A stretch of 64,000 bases of DNA, from IMG/VR virus record IMGVR_UViG_3300028549_002288; one strand, 5' to 3'. The notes under the pieces are model-generated. The model saw nothing but the letters and a program-made list of their open reading frames with translations, was not told the DNA's origin and did no database searches. The position numbers were made by a program, and so were the translations under genes. The DNA is from a virus. How positions within the stretch are numbered: position 1 is the first letter of the stretch; each line of letters opens with the position of its first letter. This document shows positions 10,249 through 19,613 of the stretch, piece by piece.

Positions 10249-10294
10249 GTCTTACTCCTTATTTTTTTATTTTCATTTATATCATATGTGAATA
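10241..10294 (-). promoter_or_regulatory. Putative early promoter (TATTCACATAT) + SD + start; 48 bp (10241-10288) identical to 22816-22863
   Basis: Exact match actaacatgtcttactccttatttttttattttcatttatatcatatg at both loci. Confidence 0.75.
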
Positions 10295-10430
10295 GAGTTT
10301 TTTTTATTTCCATCATCTCGATTATTTAACATATGTAATATAATTAAATCCCTTTCTATAAGTAGCAACAATATATACTTTATATATGAGTAGTATTACC
10401 TTATCTTTTTTGATAAATAAAGGAGCCGTA

Positions 10431-10802
10431 ATGGCTATGTTAACACTAGACGGTTCTATTAAAAGTAATAGAATATGGTTGAAAAAACTTATGGACTATT
10501 ATGTTTTGTCCGACTTCACAAAAACCTCAAGACATACAGCTAAGATATATTCGCTGAAAAACGTAATATCTAAATATTACGGAATGGACTATTTCGGTTC
10601 CTACGAAGCGATGGAAAACGAAGTAAAGGAAAATATAAAAGAATATTTATCCTTGTATTATAATGATGGAGCTGTAAAAATGGAAGTAAACTGTAAGACT
10701 GTTAAGGAATCGTACGGACCTCCAGTTCTTAAAATCTTGGCTTTACTAAATATCAACTCCAATATAATAAAAGAAGTTCGCACAGTCGAGCTAGAAATTT
10801 AA
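10431..10802 (+). CDS. Conserved phiKZ-like small protein, possibly baseplate-associated
   Basis: Likely start is ATG 10431 after AAGGAG (track start 10386 has no SD); MAMLTLDG...KKLMDYYVLSDF resembles a recalled phiKZ-family protein. Confidence 0.5.
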   Translation: MAMLTLDGSIKSNRIWLKKLMDYYVLSDFTKTSRHTAKIYSLKNVISKYYGMDYFGSYEAMENEVKENIKEYLSLYYNDGAVKMEVNCKTVKESYGPPVLKILALLNINSNIIKEVRTVELEI

Positions 10803-10811
10803 AGGAAAAAT

Positions 10812-11408
10812 ATGAATACTGACGCTATTGTGGCTAGCATAAACGCAAGTGTAGGTTCCAGATCGTCTAATGTGGATGTTCACACATTTGTGGAGAACAA
10901 GCTACACGATTTCTATTATACATATTTTGTTCAACCGAATATGTCCGTAGATGATTATGAACATGCTTATAAAAAATGGGGTTCTTTAACCAACTTTGGA
11001 ATGCGGGAACTAGACGTTACTGACCAAGGAACGGTTATTTTCACAATGCCCGCAACTATACCTGATATTCGATTAGATGTTGACATAGCGGATCTCGGGA
11101 TTCCATCTATGCATCAAGGGAACGGACATAGTCCGTTTATTACTGATAGTATTGTCAGCAATGTATCTATACCGTATATGGACAACGAATTTGCAAAACG
11201 AAGACAAGACGTAGAGCAAAGTAACATAACGAAATACAGGACTGTAGTGGAAAATCTCGCCTTGTTCGTAGCCAAAGAGGATAGGGATAAATACATAGAG
11301 GATCATTTGGCTATTTTGAGCAAAGATGAAGAGACGCTAGATGATAATATCAGTTGCGATAATGCAACTGCAAATGACGATCAGAAAAATAACGGATTCA
11401 AATTTTGA
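10812..11408 (+). CDS. Conserved hypothetical protein (198 aa)
   Basis: AAGGA SD; W..ELDVTD.GTVIFTMP motif recalled from phiKZ-like phages. Confidence 0.6.
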   Translation: MNTDAIVASINASVGSRSSNVDVHTFVENKLHDFYYTYFVQPNMSVDDYEHAYKKWGSLTNFGMRELDVTDQGTVIFTMPATIPDIRLDVDIADLGIPSMHQGNGHSPFITDSIVSNVSIPYMDNEFAKRRQDVEQSNITKYRTVVENLALFVAKEDRDKYIEDHLAILSKDEETLDDNISCDNATANDDQKNNGFKF

Positions 11409-11438
11409 TAACACAAGCACCTAGGTGCTTGTGTTATC
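11407..11438. terminator. Perfect 32-bp palindrome, bidirectional terminator between convergent genes
   Basis: gataacacaagcacct|aggtgcttgtgttatc overlaps both stop codons. Confidence 0.8.
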
Positions 11439-11789
11439 TTTATCTACCATATCGTATATAACTCCGTTCGCCATAGGATGATCAATAACTGTAATTATCT
11501 TTCGGTTACAAAAGTATAGCATGGACGAGTCGACCTCGATGTAATACGGCACATTTCTTGTTATCTTTACTCTTTTTAAAAAGATAGCGACGACATACCT
11601 AAGCCATATAAGCTTTGTAAACGATAGTTCGTTTACTGTCGATATTTTGATATTATCGTCAAGTTTCAAACTTGCTGAAACATCGCTCATAATTTTTTCC
11701 ATATGTTTTTTTTCTGTCGCCGTCCCTGTTGTTATAAATGTCAATTTAAATCTAGTACTGTCGCCGTCTTTTTTTATAAAATCATACAT
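11421..11789 (-). CDS. Hypothetical protein (122 aa)
   Basis: Start overlaps the stop of the beta'-like gene; GGGAG SD. Confidence 0.7.
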   Translation of the reverse strand: MYDFIKKDGDSTRFKLTFITTGTATEKKHMEKIMSDVSASLKLDDNIKISTVNELSFTKLIWLRYVVAIFLKRVKITRNVPYYIEVDSSMLYFCNRKIITVIDHPMANGVIYDMVDKDNTST

Positions 11790-13402
11790 TATTTAATCTC
11801 CCTATCGTAGTAATTAATTGTTCTCTCTATAGTCCTTACGACCTCGTCACCATTTGATCTAATCGCGCTACCGAACATATCGACATAATAACTTACAGAG
11901 TTCAATAACTTCTTTACAGATTCTTTACTCTCTTCTGTTTGTAAAATTTGTAGGGTTTCTTTATCTCCATCAAAATCCGCTCCGGTTGTTGGTATTGTGC
12001 TAAAGTGAGGCGCCATAGAATTAAACACGGAACTATCCCGGACAGGAAAGTCTTCATACACTCTTCCGTTATTTAATAAAACAACACGTCTAGTTTTAAA
12101 CGTCGGTTTTATATTTATCTTTGCTGGGAAAATGTTGCCCTCGGTAGCTATAGGATGTCTCGTAAAAAGCCCATATATATCGCCCATTTCCATAACTAAG
12201 AAATAAAATAGCTCAATGTAAGTTATTGTTCTAACCAATTCTTTTTTCTTACCAGAGAGTTGCGTCAAATCGTCATTCGGTCTGAATATTTGAATTTCCG
12301 ACCCATCGTCGTATATTAAAGCAAGAGGCTTCTTTTGCACTTCTACTGGCTTATTAAATAACTTATTTTCATAAACCTTGTCTAATAGTTTAACTATTCC
12401 CTCGTCGGACGTGAAGAGGTCAAAATCCTTTTGTCTAATATTCTCCATAGCTTCTACATTAAATGTCTTTGGGTTGATATACATCATACGACCGGCTATC
12501 GATTTGTCGAAATTTGTACTTAGGAAGTGTTTTTCGAACATGTGTAAATATAAAGGCTCTAAGCCTTTTAGCGTTTGGTATACACCAACGTACGAATCGT
12601 TCATTGTTGTCTTTATATCATTAAAGTTATGTATTTCTTCCTTACTAGCAGTGATTACGTTTCGGGTTCCGTAATCCGTAGCCCTCTTCGCTAGATATCC
12701 CTGAATAGCTTTATGCTTCCCGCTTATAAGACCATCGAAATGATTGTACAATTCTAGGATATTAAATTGTTGACTCGCTAAGAGCTTATCGATGTTTTTT
12801 CCAGCTATACCATCACCGATGCTATTTAACATAACCGAGTTTGATATTATCTTTCGATATATGTCATTAACCTCATCCTCAGATGGTTGTCCGGATTCAT
12901 CTATAGAATAATCGCGTAGCCCCGCAGGCAATACCGACTGTTTGTTTACAAGCAAAGTATTTTCTTTCTTTGCCTTTTCAAAAATCTTAATGAGATTTTC
13001 TCTACCTTCACTTTCCGTGTGCGGTATCTTCATATCTTTAATATGTTTGATATAGAAAGAAAATCCAGTCTCGCCTTCGTTCTCGTTCGACAAAACAAAG
13101 TTTTTAATTTTGTCATCAAAAACAGCATACGAGGTTCCTCTAATAATGCTTTTATGTAAAGCCATAGAAGATATCAGCTCCTTAAATATCTCTGGAGTGA
13201 TAAACTCCCTTTGTAGATTTATATATCCAGTTCTTTTATTTCTCTCTCTGGTGTGTGGCGCGCCAAAGATGCCGGTTGAGAACAACCCTTCTGGATGAAA
13301 ATCATCTGTCGATGACGACATTATCGCGACTGACTTAACTTCTCTTTCGGGTCTGGTATCGGCCTCTTTGTAGAAGTTAAGCACTATAGCATTTTTTTTC
13401 AT
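11789..13402 (-). CDS. rpoC: Virion RNA polymerase beta'-like subunit carrying the catalytic motif (phiKZ gp180-like)
   Basis: 537 aa; HPEGLFSTGIFG, LPAGLRD, GTRNVIT, TRHP and catalytic GADFDGD. Confidence 0.9.
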   Translation of the reverse strand: MKKNAIVLNFYKEADTRPEREVKSVAIMSSSTDDFHPEGLFSTGIFGAPHTRERNKRTGYINLQREFITPEIFKELISSMALHKSIIRGTSYAVFDDKIKNFVLSNENEGETGFSFYIKHIKDMKIPHTESEGRENLIKIFEKAKKENTLLVNKQSVLPAGLRDYSIDESGQPSEDEVNDIYRKIISNSVMLNSIGDGIAGKNIDKLLASQQFNILELYNHFDGLISGKHKAIQGYLAKRATDYGTRNVITASKEEIHNFNDIKTTMNDSYVGVYQTLKGLEPLYLHMFEKHFLSTNFDKSIAGRMMYINPKTFNVEAMENIRQKDFDLFTSDEGIVKLLDKVYENKLFNKPVEVQKKPLALIYDDGSEIQIFRPNDDLTQLSGKKKELVRTITYIELFYFLVMEMGDIYGLFTRHPIATEGNIFPAKINIKPTFKTRRVVLLNNGRVYEDFPVRDSSVFNSMAPHFSTIPTTGADFDGDKETLQILQTEESKESVKKLLNSVSYYVDMFGSAIRSNGDEVVRTIERTINYYDREIK

Positions 13403-13447
13403 ATTTTCTCCATATTATAATTTATCAAATAAAACAAAAAAAATAAA

Positions 13448-13480
13448 TAGACATGGTAGCTAAAAGCTACCATGTCTATA
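13448..13480 (-). terminator. 15-bp stem hairpin followed by T-run on minus strand
   Basis: atagacatggtagct-aaa-agctaccatgtctat. Confidence 0.75.
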
Positions 13481-13534
13481 CGCAGGAGCGACTAAGTTTT
13501 TAGCATACCCCTGTGCCTCTCCTAGCTCTTACTA

Positions 13535-15334
13535 TCACCACCAGTATAATTCGGAATCCATTCTTTTAGGACCCTTCTTGTAAGACATAGAAGGGTCGAG
13601 ATCGCGTGCCGAGAGGGCTATGTTTCTTACTCCGAAACATAGTTCGGTGTTACGCCACGGCGTAACATCGATTTCGCTGTCAACTGTTTTGATTATACTT
13701 AAAAGATAGTTCGTTTCGCTACTAAGCAAATCTGTCTCCGAACTATTATGTTTTGGGGTTTTGAGGATTTCTATTAAATCCTCCCAGCTTATGCTGTAAA
13801 ACTCTACAGCATTATATCCTCTAGATTTTAGGAAATCTAGAGTACCTTCCCTACATACCTTCGCCGCAGATAGTACGGGAAGGTCTATGACCTTCCCGTC
13901 AGCGGCGAATCTTTTCATGATATTTTCTAGTTTCAAGTCCGCTGTGTTGTCCATATACAACATAGCCTTTTCAAATAAATCACTTTCTGCAAACGATTTT
14001 GCAGATGTGAAAATTGGGTCGGTAGCTATAACTTCCGCCGACCCCGCGATACACTCTATTGTAAATATGTGTCTTCGACAACTAGCGAGCCCGTGGTCTT
14101 TGACTACGCCTAGGCGCATCATGACGCTTATACCGTTGGGAGTGGTATAAGCGTCCAGAAGTTTCTCTTTACTTAACGCCTCCGCGGCTTTAAAGCCGCG
14201 GATTCCTTTTCGGATTTCCCTTAAAGGGTCGAAAGTTCCCTCTCCATTGTCCGACAGCATTTTTGTCACGTACGTGCCGAGAGTCGTATTTGTTCTGTTT
14301 TCTAGCGCGTAGAAATACTTTTCCTCGTCTAAACATACCAGTTTGTTTATTACGTATTTATTATACGTATATTTTTCAGCAAACATACCAGTTTGTTTGC
14401 TGAATGGATATTTAGCATTTCCACTTTCGTCGGTATAAGCGACGAAAGTGGAAATTTGTTTTGAATATGTGGATATTTTTATTTTCTTAAAATTTATCCC
14501 GATTCCTTCCCAATCGGGCAAAGGCGATTGATATTCGTCGGACGTTCGTATCTTTTGCCCATCTGGCAAAACAGTCACTTGTATCACTTCGGATACGTTC
14601 GCTGTTTTGCGTTCGCTTCGGTGTATAAACTCTTCGTCACTTTGTAACGGAAACGACTCCGTTACGGCGTTCTGTGCTTTTCTGCGTCTGACCTCTAGGT
14701 CGACTAAAGCATCCCGGAATTGCGAGTACTTTTTATACTCGCTTTTCTTTAATCCTAGCCAAATAGCAAAAGCTATTAAGGCCGCTTTGCTTCTCGAGGA
14801 AGTATACTCTAAGGCCTCCGCAGCGTCCTCTATACTTATCCTGACCTTATGAGTCTGTCTAGCAGACTCTATGACGGCCCATATTTTTTTTTCGAGATAG
14901 TATGGGCTAAACTTTGTGTATTTCGAAAAATACACAAATGCGAACTTTCCGGTGTACGCACGGTTGTCAATCGTGCGTAAGGCTTCTAGCCTTGGGTCCT
15001 CTTTTATGAGGACTTGAAATCTCAAAAACCTATATAGGTTTTTGAAAAATCTGTCTATTTCGTGTTTACCGAATAATATACCGGTAGAGACGTCGGCCGG
15101 TCCCCATTTTTTTTTATTTGATAGAGTGTTACACTCTAGTCCTAGAGCGTGTCCTAAACCGTTCAGTGTCGTGTCCGACAATATGTAACCATGATTGATT
15201 CCCATTTTTAATAGGATCTTTTGTGCCGTGTAGTTTCCTACACAAAGGAAACTTCGGTCCTTTTTTTCATATTGGTATTCTGCAATACCACATTCTACTA
15301 TATTTTTTAAATCTTTATTTTTTAAGTTTTTCAT
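13535..15334 (-). CDS. Hypothetical protein (599 aa), accessory
   Basis: Long ORF with AAGGA SD and own promoter/leader; no family recognised. Confidence 0.8.
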   Translation of the reverse strand: MKNLKNKDLKNIVECGIAEYQYEKKDRSFLCVGNYTAQKILLKMGINHGYILSDTTLNGLGHALGLECNTLSNKKKWGPADVSTGILFGKHEIDRFFKNLYRFLRFQVLIKEDPRLEALRTIDNRAYTGKFAFVYFSKYTKFSPYYLEKKIWAVIESARQTHKVRISIEDAAEALEYTSSRSKAALIAFAIWLGLKKSEYKKYSQFRDALVDLEVRRRKAQNAVTESFPLQSDEEFIHRSERKTANVSEVIQVTVLPDGQKIRTSDEYQSPLPDWEGIGINFKKIKISTYSKQISTFVAYTDESGNAKYPFSKQTGMFAEKYTYNKYVINKLVCLDEEKYFYALENRTNTTLGTYVTKMLSDNGEGTFDPLREIRKGIRGFKAAEALSKEKLLDAYTTPNGISVMMRLGVVKDHGLASCRRHIFTIECIAGSAEVIATDPIFTSAKSFAESDLFEKAMLYMDNTADLKLENIMKRFAADGKVIDLPVLSAAKVCREGTLDFLKSRGYNAVEFYSISWEDLIEILKTPKHNSSETDLLSSETNYLLSIIKTVDSEIDVTPWRNTELCFGVRNIALSARDLDPSMSYKKGPKRMDSELYWW

Positions 15335-15445
15335 TTTCTATTCCTTTTTAATTTTAATTGCCTTACTAACAAATTAGCAAGTTTTGACTCTTCGAAGAAG
15401 AGTAACTATGTTTCATTTTTATTATATGTGAATAAAATTATTTTA
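15335..15445 (-). promoter_or_regulatory. Putative early promoter + two-hairpin leader (diverged copy)
   Basis: TATTCACATAT at 15424-15434; hairpins actcttc/gaagagt and cttactaa/ttagcaag; same layout as 16842-16950 and 43613-43720. Confidence 0.6.
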
Positions 15446-15525
15446 AACGGCATTGATTAGGAAACATATACATCAAACTATAAGTTCGTTTTCTTTTTTT
15501 TTGATAAATAATTAAAGGGGCTTAT

Positions 15526-16710
15526 ATGGAGTATAAAGTATTTATGGAAAAACATCTGGAAATTGGCAATCTGAAAAGTGTAATAGATAACATAGCTAAT
15601 TTCAAAGCTGATATCATTCAGGATAATCCCGAGCATCTAGACTATCTTTCTGCTCACACAGTCGGAACAGAAAAGATTGTATTCGCTATTAAACACGAGC
15701 ATATGCTTATCGAAAACGTATTCGGTTGCAATTCATACGATATTATTAAGGATAGCGTTAAGGATATCAATGGTATCGATATGAATAGAAAGGTAGCGTC
15801 TAACGTAGTATACTTGGCTATAACTTATGTAATGCATAAGATAATTCGCTCTACTTTACCTCAGGCGTTGAAGGATAAATCATTAAGAGATTTATATTTC
15901 ATAATGGCGTTCAAAATGGTGACCTCGTTATACTATAGATATTATCCAGAACCATTTAACAAAGCAAAAGCAAAAATGGTATACGAAAAGCTATCTAACA
16001 ACTTCCTTATAAAGAAACTAGGAAATTGGTTTGAAGTATATAAATATCGAGCGGATAATGAATTAGAATTACACTACGATAGGTTACAGAAATTAGATAT
16101 AAATGTAGCAATGATATTTATAGCTGATGTTCAAAACAGATGGAGACGGATGCTTGTCGAGTTAAATAAAGTCTTGTATAACATGGTAGATAGCGAGTAC
16201 GCTATGAATATAACTTCTTTATTAACCACCGATGAGGAAAAAGGAATGGTGTTTTCTGATACGAAACTATCCAGTACGGCTTATACCGATAAGCTCGCCG
16301 ATATGCTACATAAGCCAGAATTTGTTAATAAAGATTTAGCATATCTCATATCTGTATTATCCGTAAACGTTTCTATCGATGTTATATTCTCGGTCGTGTT
16401 GGTAATATCCGATCCTGATTCGAAATATCATAAAGAAGTTGAAGAATTGGTGCCGTTAATAATAGAAATGTCTTTTATCTTTATTAAGAAAAGCGGCTTA
16501 GATATTAACAATAAAGACGATATCGAGGATATTATAATCGAACTTAGAAATATGTGGTCTGGTTCTAGAAGGAAAGAACCACAGGTTATAAAAGTAAGGA
16601 TGGTGTTGGAGACTATCATATCAGACACAGGTATTAAAATTAGTCAAAAAGCAATAAAGCCTATGGCTAACTTGTTGCCGGTCTATATGTTCTTGCTAGT
16701 CATACAGTAA
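15526..16710 (+). CDS. Conserved phiKZ-like hypothetical protein (394 aa)
   Basis: YEKLSNNFLIKKLGNW..V..YRA motif recalled from phiKZ-like core proteins; TTGATAAA upstream. Confidence 0.6.
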   Translation: MEYKVFMEKHLEIGNLKSVIDNIANFKADIIQDNPEHLDYLSAHTVGTEKIVFAIKHEHMLIENVFGCNSYDIIKDSVKDINGIDMNRKVASNVVYLAITYVMHKIIRSTLPQALKDKSLRDLYFIMAFKMVTSLYYRYYPEPFNKAKAKMVYEKLSNNFLIKKLGNWFEVYKYRADNELELHYDRLQKLDINVAMIFIADVQNRWRRMLVELNKVLYNMVDSEYAMNITSLLTTDEEKGMVFSDTKLSSTAYTDKLADMLHKPEFVNKDLAYLISVLSVNVSIDVIFSVVLVISDPDSKYHKEVEELVPLIIEMSFIFIKKSGLDINNKDDIEDIIIELRNMWSGSRRKEPQVIKVRMVLETIISDTGIKISQKAIKPMANLLPVYMFLLVIQ

Positions 16711-16730
16711 TAAAAAAAATAATGTTGAAA

Positions 16731-16841
16731 TCAGTCTGGACGTGCGTGGCCAAATTTTGACGAGAGCTCGTAACGGTCACGTTTGATAGCGTCGCTAAAC
16801 GACGCGCTTTTTGCTAACATAAATAAGATTTTTTCTTTCAT
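16731..16841 (-). CDS. Small ORF, 36 aa (MKEKILFMLAKSASFSDAIKRDRYELSSKFGHARPD)
   Basis: Manual translation; AAGGA SD 7 nt upstream inside the shared leader. Confidence 0.55.
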   Translation of the reverse strand: MKEKILFMLAKSASFSDAIKRDRYELSSKFGHARPD

Positions 16842-16950
16842 TCAATTTCCTTTTTGAATTTAAATACCTTACTAATTTATTAGTAAGTTCCGGTCCTTTT
16901 AAAAAGAACAAGATTGTTTTTCAATATTATCATATGCGGATAAAATTATT
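16842..16950 (-). promoter_or_regulatory. Putative early promoter + hairpin leader + SD (repeat copy)
   Basis: 67/71 nt identical (16841-16911) to 43612-43682; motif TATCCGCATAT at 16932-16942. Confidence 0.75.
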
Positions 16951-16991
16951 TTAATTACTTTATTCCCATTTAATTTTTACGGAACGCGTAA

Positions 16992-17489
16992 TTAACCACC
17001 AAACATTTTTTTTAAAATCGATGCAAATTCATCTGTAGCTTTGGAGAGTATATCACCTTTCTCTTTTTGTTCTATTAACATCCGATCAGTCTCTTTCAAT
17101 ATGGAGTCCAGATGTTTCTTATAACCTCCGTTTTTAGATACGACTGGGAATACGATAGTAGTGAACCTATCCTGATTTCTTCTAGATTTACCATGATATT
17201 CATTGTAGAAATCAAGCATCACATTGCCCGTGAATAATATATCTATATTAGATTCGTAACAAACAGTAACATCAACCGCTATTTGAACGGATTTAATTAC
17301 TGATAACTCAGTTATCAACCTAGATAAAATGGATTTATCATAACTATATTCAAATAGTATCTTACCATTATCAAATTTCAACGATGTACCGTCTACAATG
17401 CTAGATGGATGTTTTTGGTATCCGTCTTTAGTAAGGTAATCGACCAATTGTCCTATGAAGATATCTACTTCCGATTCATCTATTTTCAA
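16992..17489 (-). CDS. Hypothetical protein (165 aa)
   Basis: ORF track; TTG start after GAGGGA. Confidence 0.7.
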   Translation of the reverse strand: MKIDESEVDIFIGQLVDYLTKDGYQKHPSSIVDGTSLKFDNGKILFEYSYDKSILSRLITELSVIKSVQIAVDVTVCYESNIDILFTGNVMLDFYNEYHGKSRRNQDRFTTIVFPVVSKNGGYKKHLDSILKETDRMLIEQKEKGDILSKATDEFASILKKMFGG

Positions 17490-17536
17490 TATTTATCCCT
17501 CGCATATCATTTATTTCAAATAAAGAAAGGTAAGCG

Positions 17537-17773
17537 TTAATGCTTACCTTTAACAACAATAGTTAATTTACAGTTTTTGATATCATACTGCGATATCTTC
17601 TCTCCGTCCAGAAGTACTACGCCGGAATATACAACATCGCACACATATTTCCAGTCAGATACTTTTTCTGACATGTTTTCGTCTAGCCTATAGAACTTAC
17701 CTTCTTTAGGTACATCTATAGTCTTTGATACTGACATAATTGTCAGTATCGAAAAAAGTATTAATTTTTTCAT
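17537..17773 (-). CDS. Small protein with N-terminal hydrophobic signal/anchor (78 aa)
   Basis: Likely start MKKLILFSILTIMSVS at 17773 after AAGGA; shares DW..[VI]CDVV...KNCK with 19413..19604. Confidence 0.7.
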   Translation of the reverse strand: MKKLILFSILTIMSVSKTIDVPKEGKFYRLDENMSEKVSDWKYVCDVVYSGVVLLDGEKISQYDIKNCKLTIVVKGKH

Positions 17774-17787
17774 TTCATTCCTTATAG

Positions 17788-17922
17788 TTAATGTGTATGG
17801 AACTCTTCCATAAACTTTTTCATCACTGATATTCCTTGATGAAATCCGACGGCGTTGCTGATAGATATATCGTTGATACCTGTCAGATGCCAAGCGTAGC
17901 CCGTATTGATCCTAGAAGGCAT
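17788..17922 (-). CDS. Small ORF, 44 aa (MPSRINTGYAWHL...)
   Basis: Manual translation; strong AGGAGG SD. Confidence 0.55.
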   Translation of the reverse strand: MPSRINTGYAWHLTGINDISISNAVGFHQGISVMKKFMEEFHTH

Positions 17923-18164
17923 TACGACTCCTCCTTTTATTACTTCGATATCTTTTTGATATCGAAGTAATAATATATCGCTCGACGAGATTCATATGCT
18001 CTTCCTCAGAAAGACCTATAGAAAACGGAATTCCTGTTCTAGTCATACTTTCGACTGATACTTCTACGCAAGTATCAAGATCTAAAAGTTCTTTTTGTCA
18101 ATTGCATCGATTGAAAAACCACCCGCGAACCGTCAGCGTGGGTTTTAACAACAACTACTTTCAT
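17912..18164 (-). pseudogene. Possible frameshifted ORF (one extra A in an A5 run near 18092-18096)
   Basis: ATG overlaps the upstream stop (ATGA); the frame closes after 29 aa but the +1 frame stays open to 17912; the span is 3n+1. Confidence 0.35.
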
Positions 18165-18907
18165 TTTATCGACTTATTAAATAAGTCGATTTTTAAATTA
18201 AGTAAATTTTCGTCCAAATATTTTTGGACTCCCTTCATTACTTCGTCTTTTTCGCCCATGTTTATAAGGCTGGCGAAAAACATATTGTTATCCTTTAGAT
18301 AACCTACGGTGATGCGCTCACCGCCACGCGATCGCTCAATCGTTACTTTCACGTTACTCCTTCCTGAAAGTAACGCGATCGCGAAAGATTTTGTCCATAA
18401 GTTGGTGATCTTAATAGTCATAACACTGTCACGGCTAGTATCGTCCTCGTACATGTAGGAATATAGCGCCTTTAATTCTCCACACTGCCCGACGAAATTT
18501 TCGCGTAGCTTTTCCGTCTTATCGCCCGCGCGTTTTAAAAACGCTCCGACAAAGTGAATATTTTTATCAACAATAGGGCTGTTGTTGTAAACGTAGATTT
18601 CCTCTACCTTTCCGGAGTAATCATATGTGAACCTACTAACTATTTTAGTTAGTAGGTCGTTATAAAAACCTAGTGTTTCTTGTATTAGAAACATTACGAT
18701 CGCGATGCCTTTATCCGAAGTATCGAACTCTAACTCGATCACCTCCGGTAGCGATGATGTTTCCCTCTGTAGGACGAGGGCCTTCTCGTTCGTTCTTTGT
18801 ACAAGAAGGCACATCGAGTACGTACCTTCTTTTTTTACAAAATATATATGGTCACTATTTACATCCCTGTAAATAGCTCCTTTTTCCGGCAACTGCAACA
18901 ATTCCAT
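18161..18907 (-). CDS. Hypothetical protein (248 aa)
   Basis: ORF track; AAGGAG SD. Confidence 0.75.
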   Translation of the reverse strand: MELLQLPEKGAIYRDVNSDHIYFVKKEGTYSMCLLVQRTNEKALVLQRETSSLPEVIELEFDTSDKGIAIVMFLIQETLGFYNDLLTKIVSRFTYDYSGKVEEIYVYNNSPIVDKNIHFVGAFLKRAGDKTEKLRENFVGQCGELKALYSYMYEDDTSRDSVMTIKITNLWTKSFAIALLSGRSNVKVTIERSRGGERITVGYLKDNNMFFASLINMGEKDEVMKGVQKYLDENLLNLKIDLFNKSIK

Positions 18908-18958
18908 TTTGACTCCTTATAACTTAAGTTCATTAATATTATATATAATGTAATTATA

Positions 18959-19348
18959 TTAACTTTCCTGTTTAGCTATCAAATCTTTAAAAGTATTTAA
19001 TAGATTATTTAGGTTTTTGTTTCCCGGATTACCGGGGTAATGGAACACAAACTCCGTAGTCTTGTTTTTACATTCCATGCTAGACGTGGATATCAAAGTA
19101 ACAGCTGACACTATATTGCTATCATCGTATAGCGGTAACACATTATCTTTTGCTATATGAAACGAAATTTTAGAACAGCCCGATAGAACCAAAATATTTG
19201 ACTTTATCCTCTCGATATGTTTATCGTCGTCAATTTTAAAGCCAGCCATATTACAAGATTTCCTTGCCTCACCACCTTTACATAGCATATCTAGTAGTTC
19301 AAATACACAAGGCGCGACATGCGTTAGGTTTACTTTATTAATCTTCAT
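18959..19348 (-). CDS. Hypothetical protein (129 aa)
   Basis: ORF track; AAGGA SD. Confidence 0.7.
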   Translation of the reverse strand: MKINKVNLTHVAPCVFELLDMLCKGGEARKSCNMAGFKIDDDKHIERIKSNILVLSGCSKISFHIAKDNVLPLYDDSNIVSAVTLISTSSMECKNKTTEFVFHYPGNPGNKNLNNLLNTFKDLIAKQES

Positions 19349-19393
19349 TTTTTTTCCTTACCTTTTTTTATTCAATCAAATCAGCAAGAAAAT

Positions 19394-19425
19394 AAAAGAA
19401 GACTAGCATCGGCTAGTCTTCTTTT
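19394..19425 (-). terminator. 14-bp stem hairpin overlapping stop of the 63-aa gene
   Basis: aaaagaagactagc-atcg-gctagtcttctttt. Confidence 0.75.
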
Positions 19426-19604
19426 TTCTTAAATTTACAGTTTTTTACGGTACATGTTCGTACCGTATTTTCGGCCGGGACCGGAACCACGTCGCATATG
19501 AATCCCCAGTCTTTAGGGACCCATTTTTTATAAGCATGTTTACTTACATTATTGTCTGCGCTTATAAATAATGTAAGTAACACTACAATTAATATTTTTT
19601 TCAT
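19413..19604 (-). CDS. Small putative exported Cys-containing protein (63 aa)
   Basis: MKKILIVVLLTLFISA signal-like N-terminus; GAGG SD. Confidence 0.75.
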   Translation of the reverse strand: MKKILIVVLLTLFISADNNVSKHAYKKWVPKDWGFICDVVPVPAENTVRTCTVKNCKFKKKED

Positions 19605-19613
19605 TTTTTTCCT

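Noticed and set aside
13535-13900. Vsr/DUF559-like nuclease motif in the 599-aa protein (LKSRGYNAVEFY..W)
   Set aside because: Too weak; upstream catalytic PD-(D/E)XK residues are not identifiable.
17774-17893. Track start of the 118-aa ORF
   Set aside because: A better start with SD and signal peptide is at 17773; the region holds a separate 44-aa ORF in another frame.
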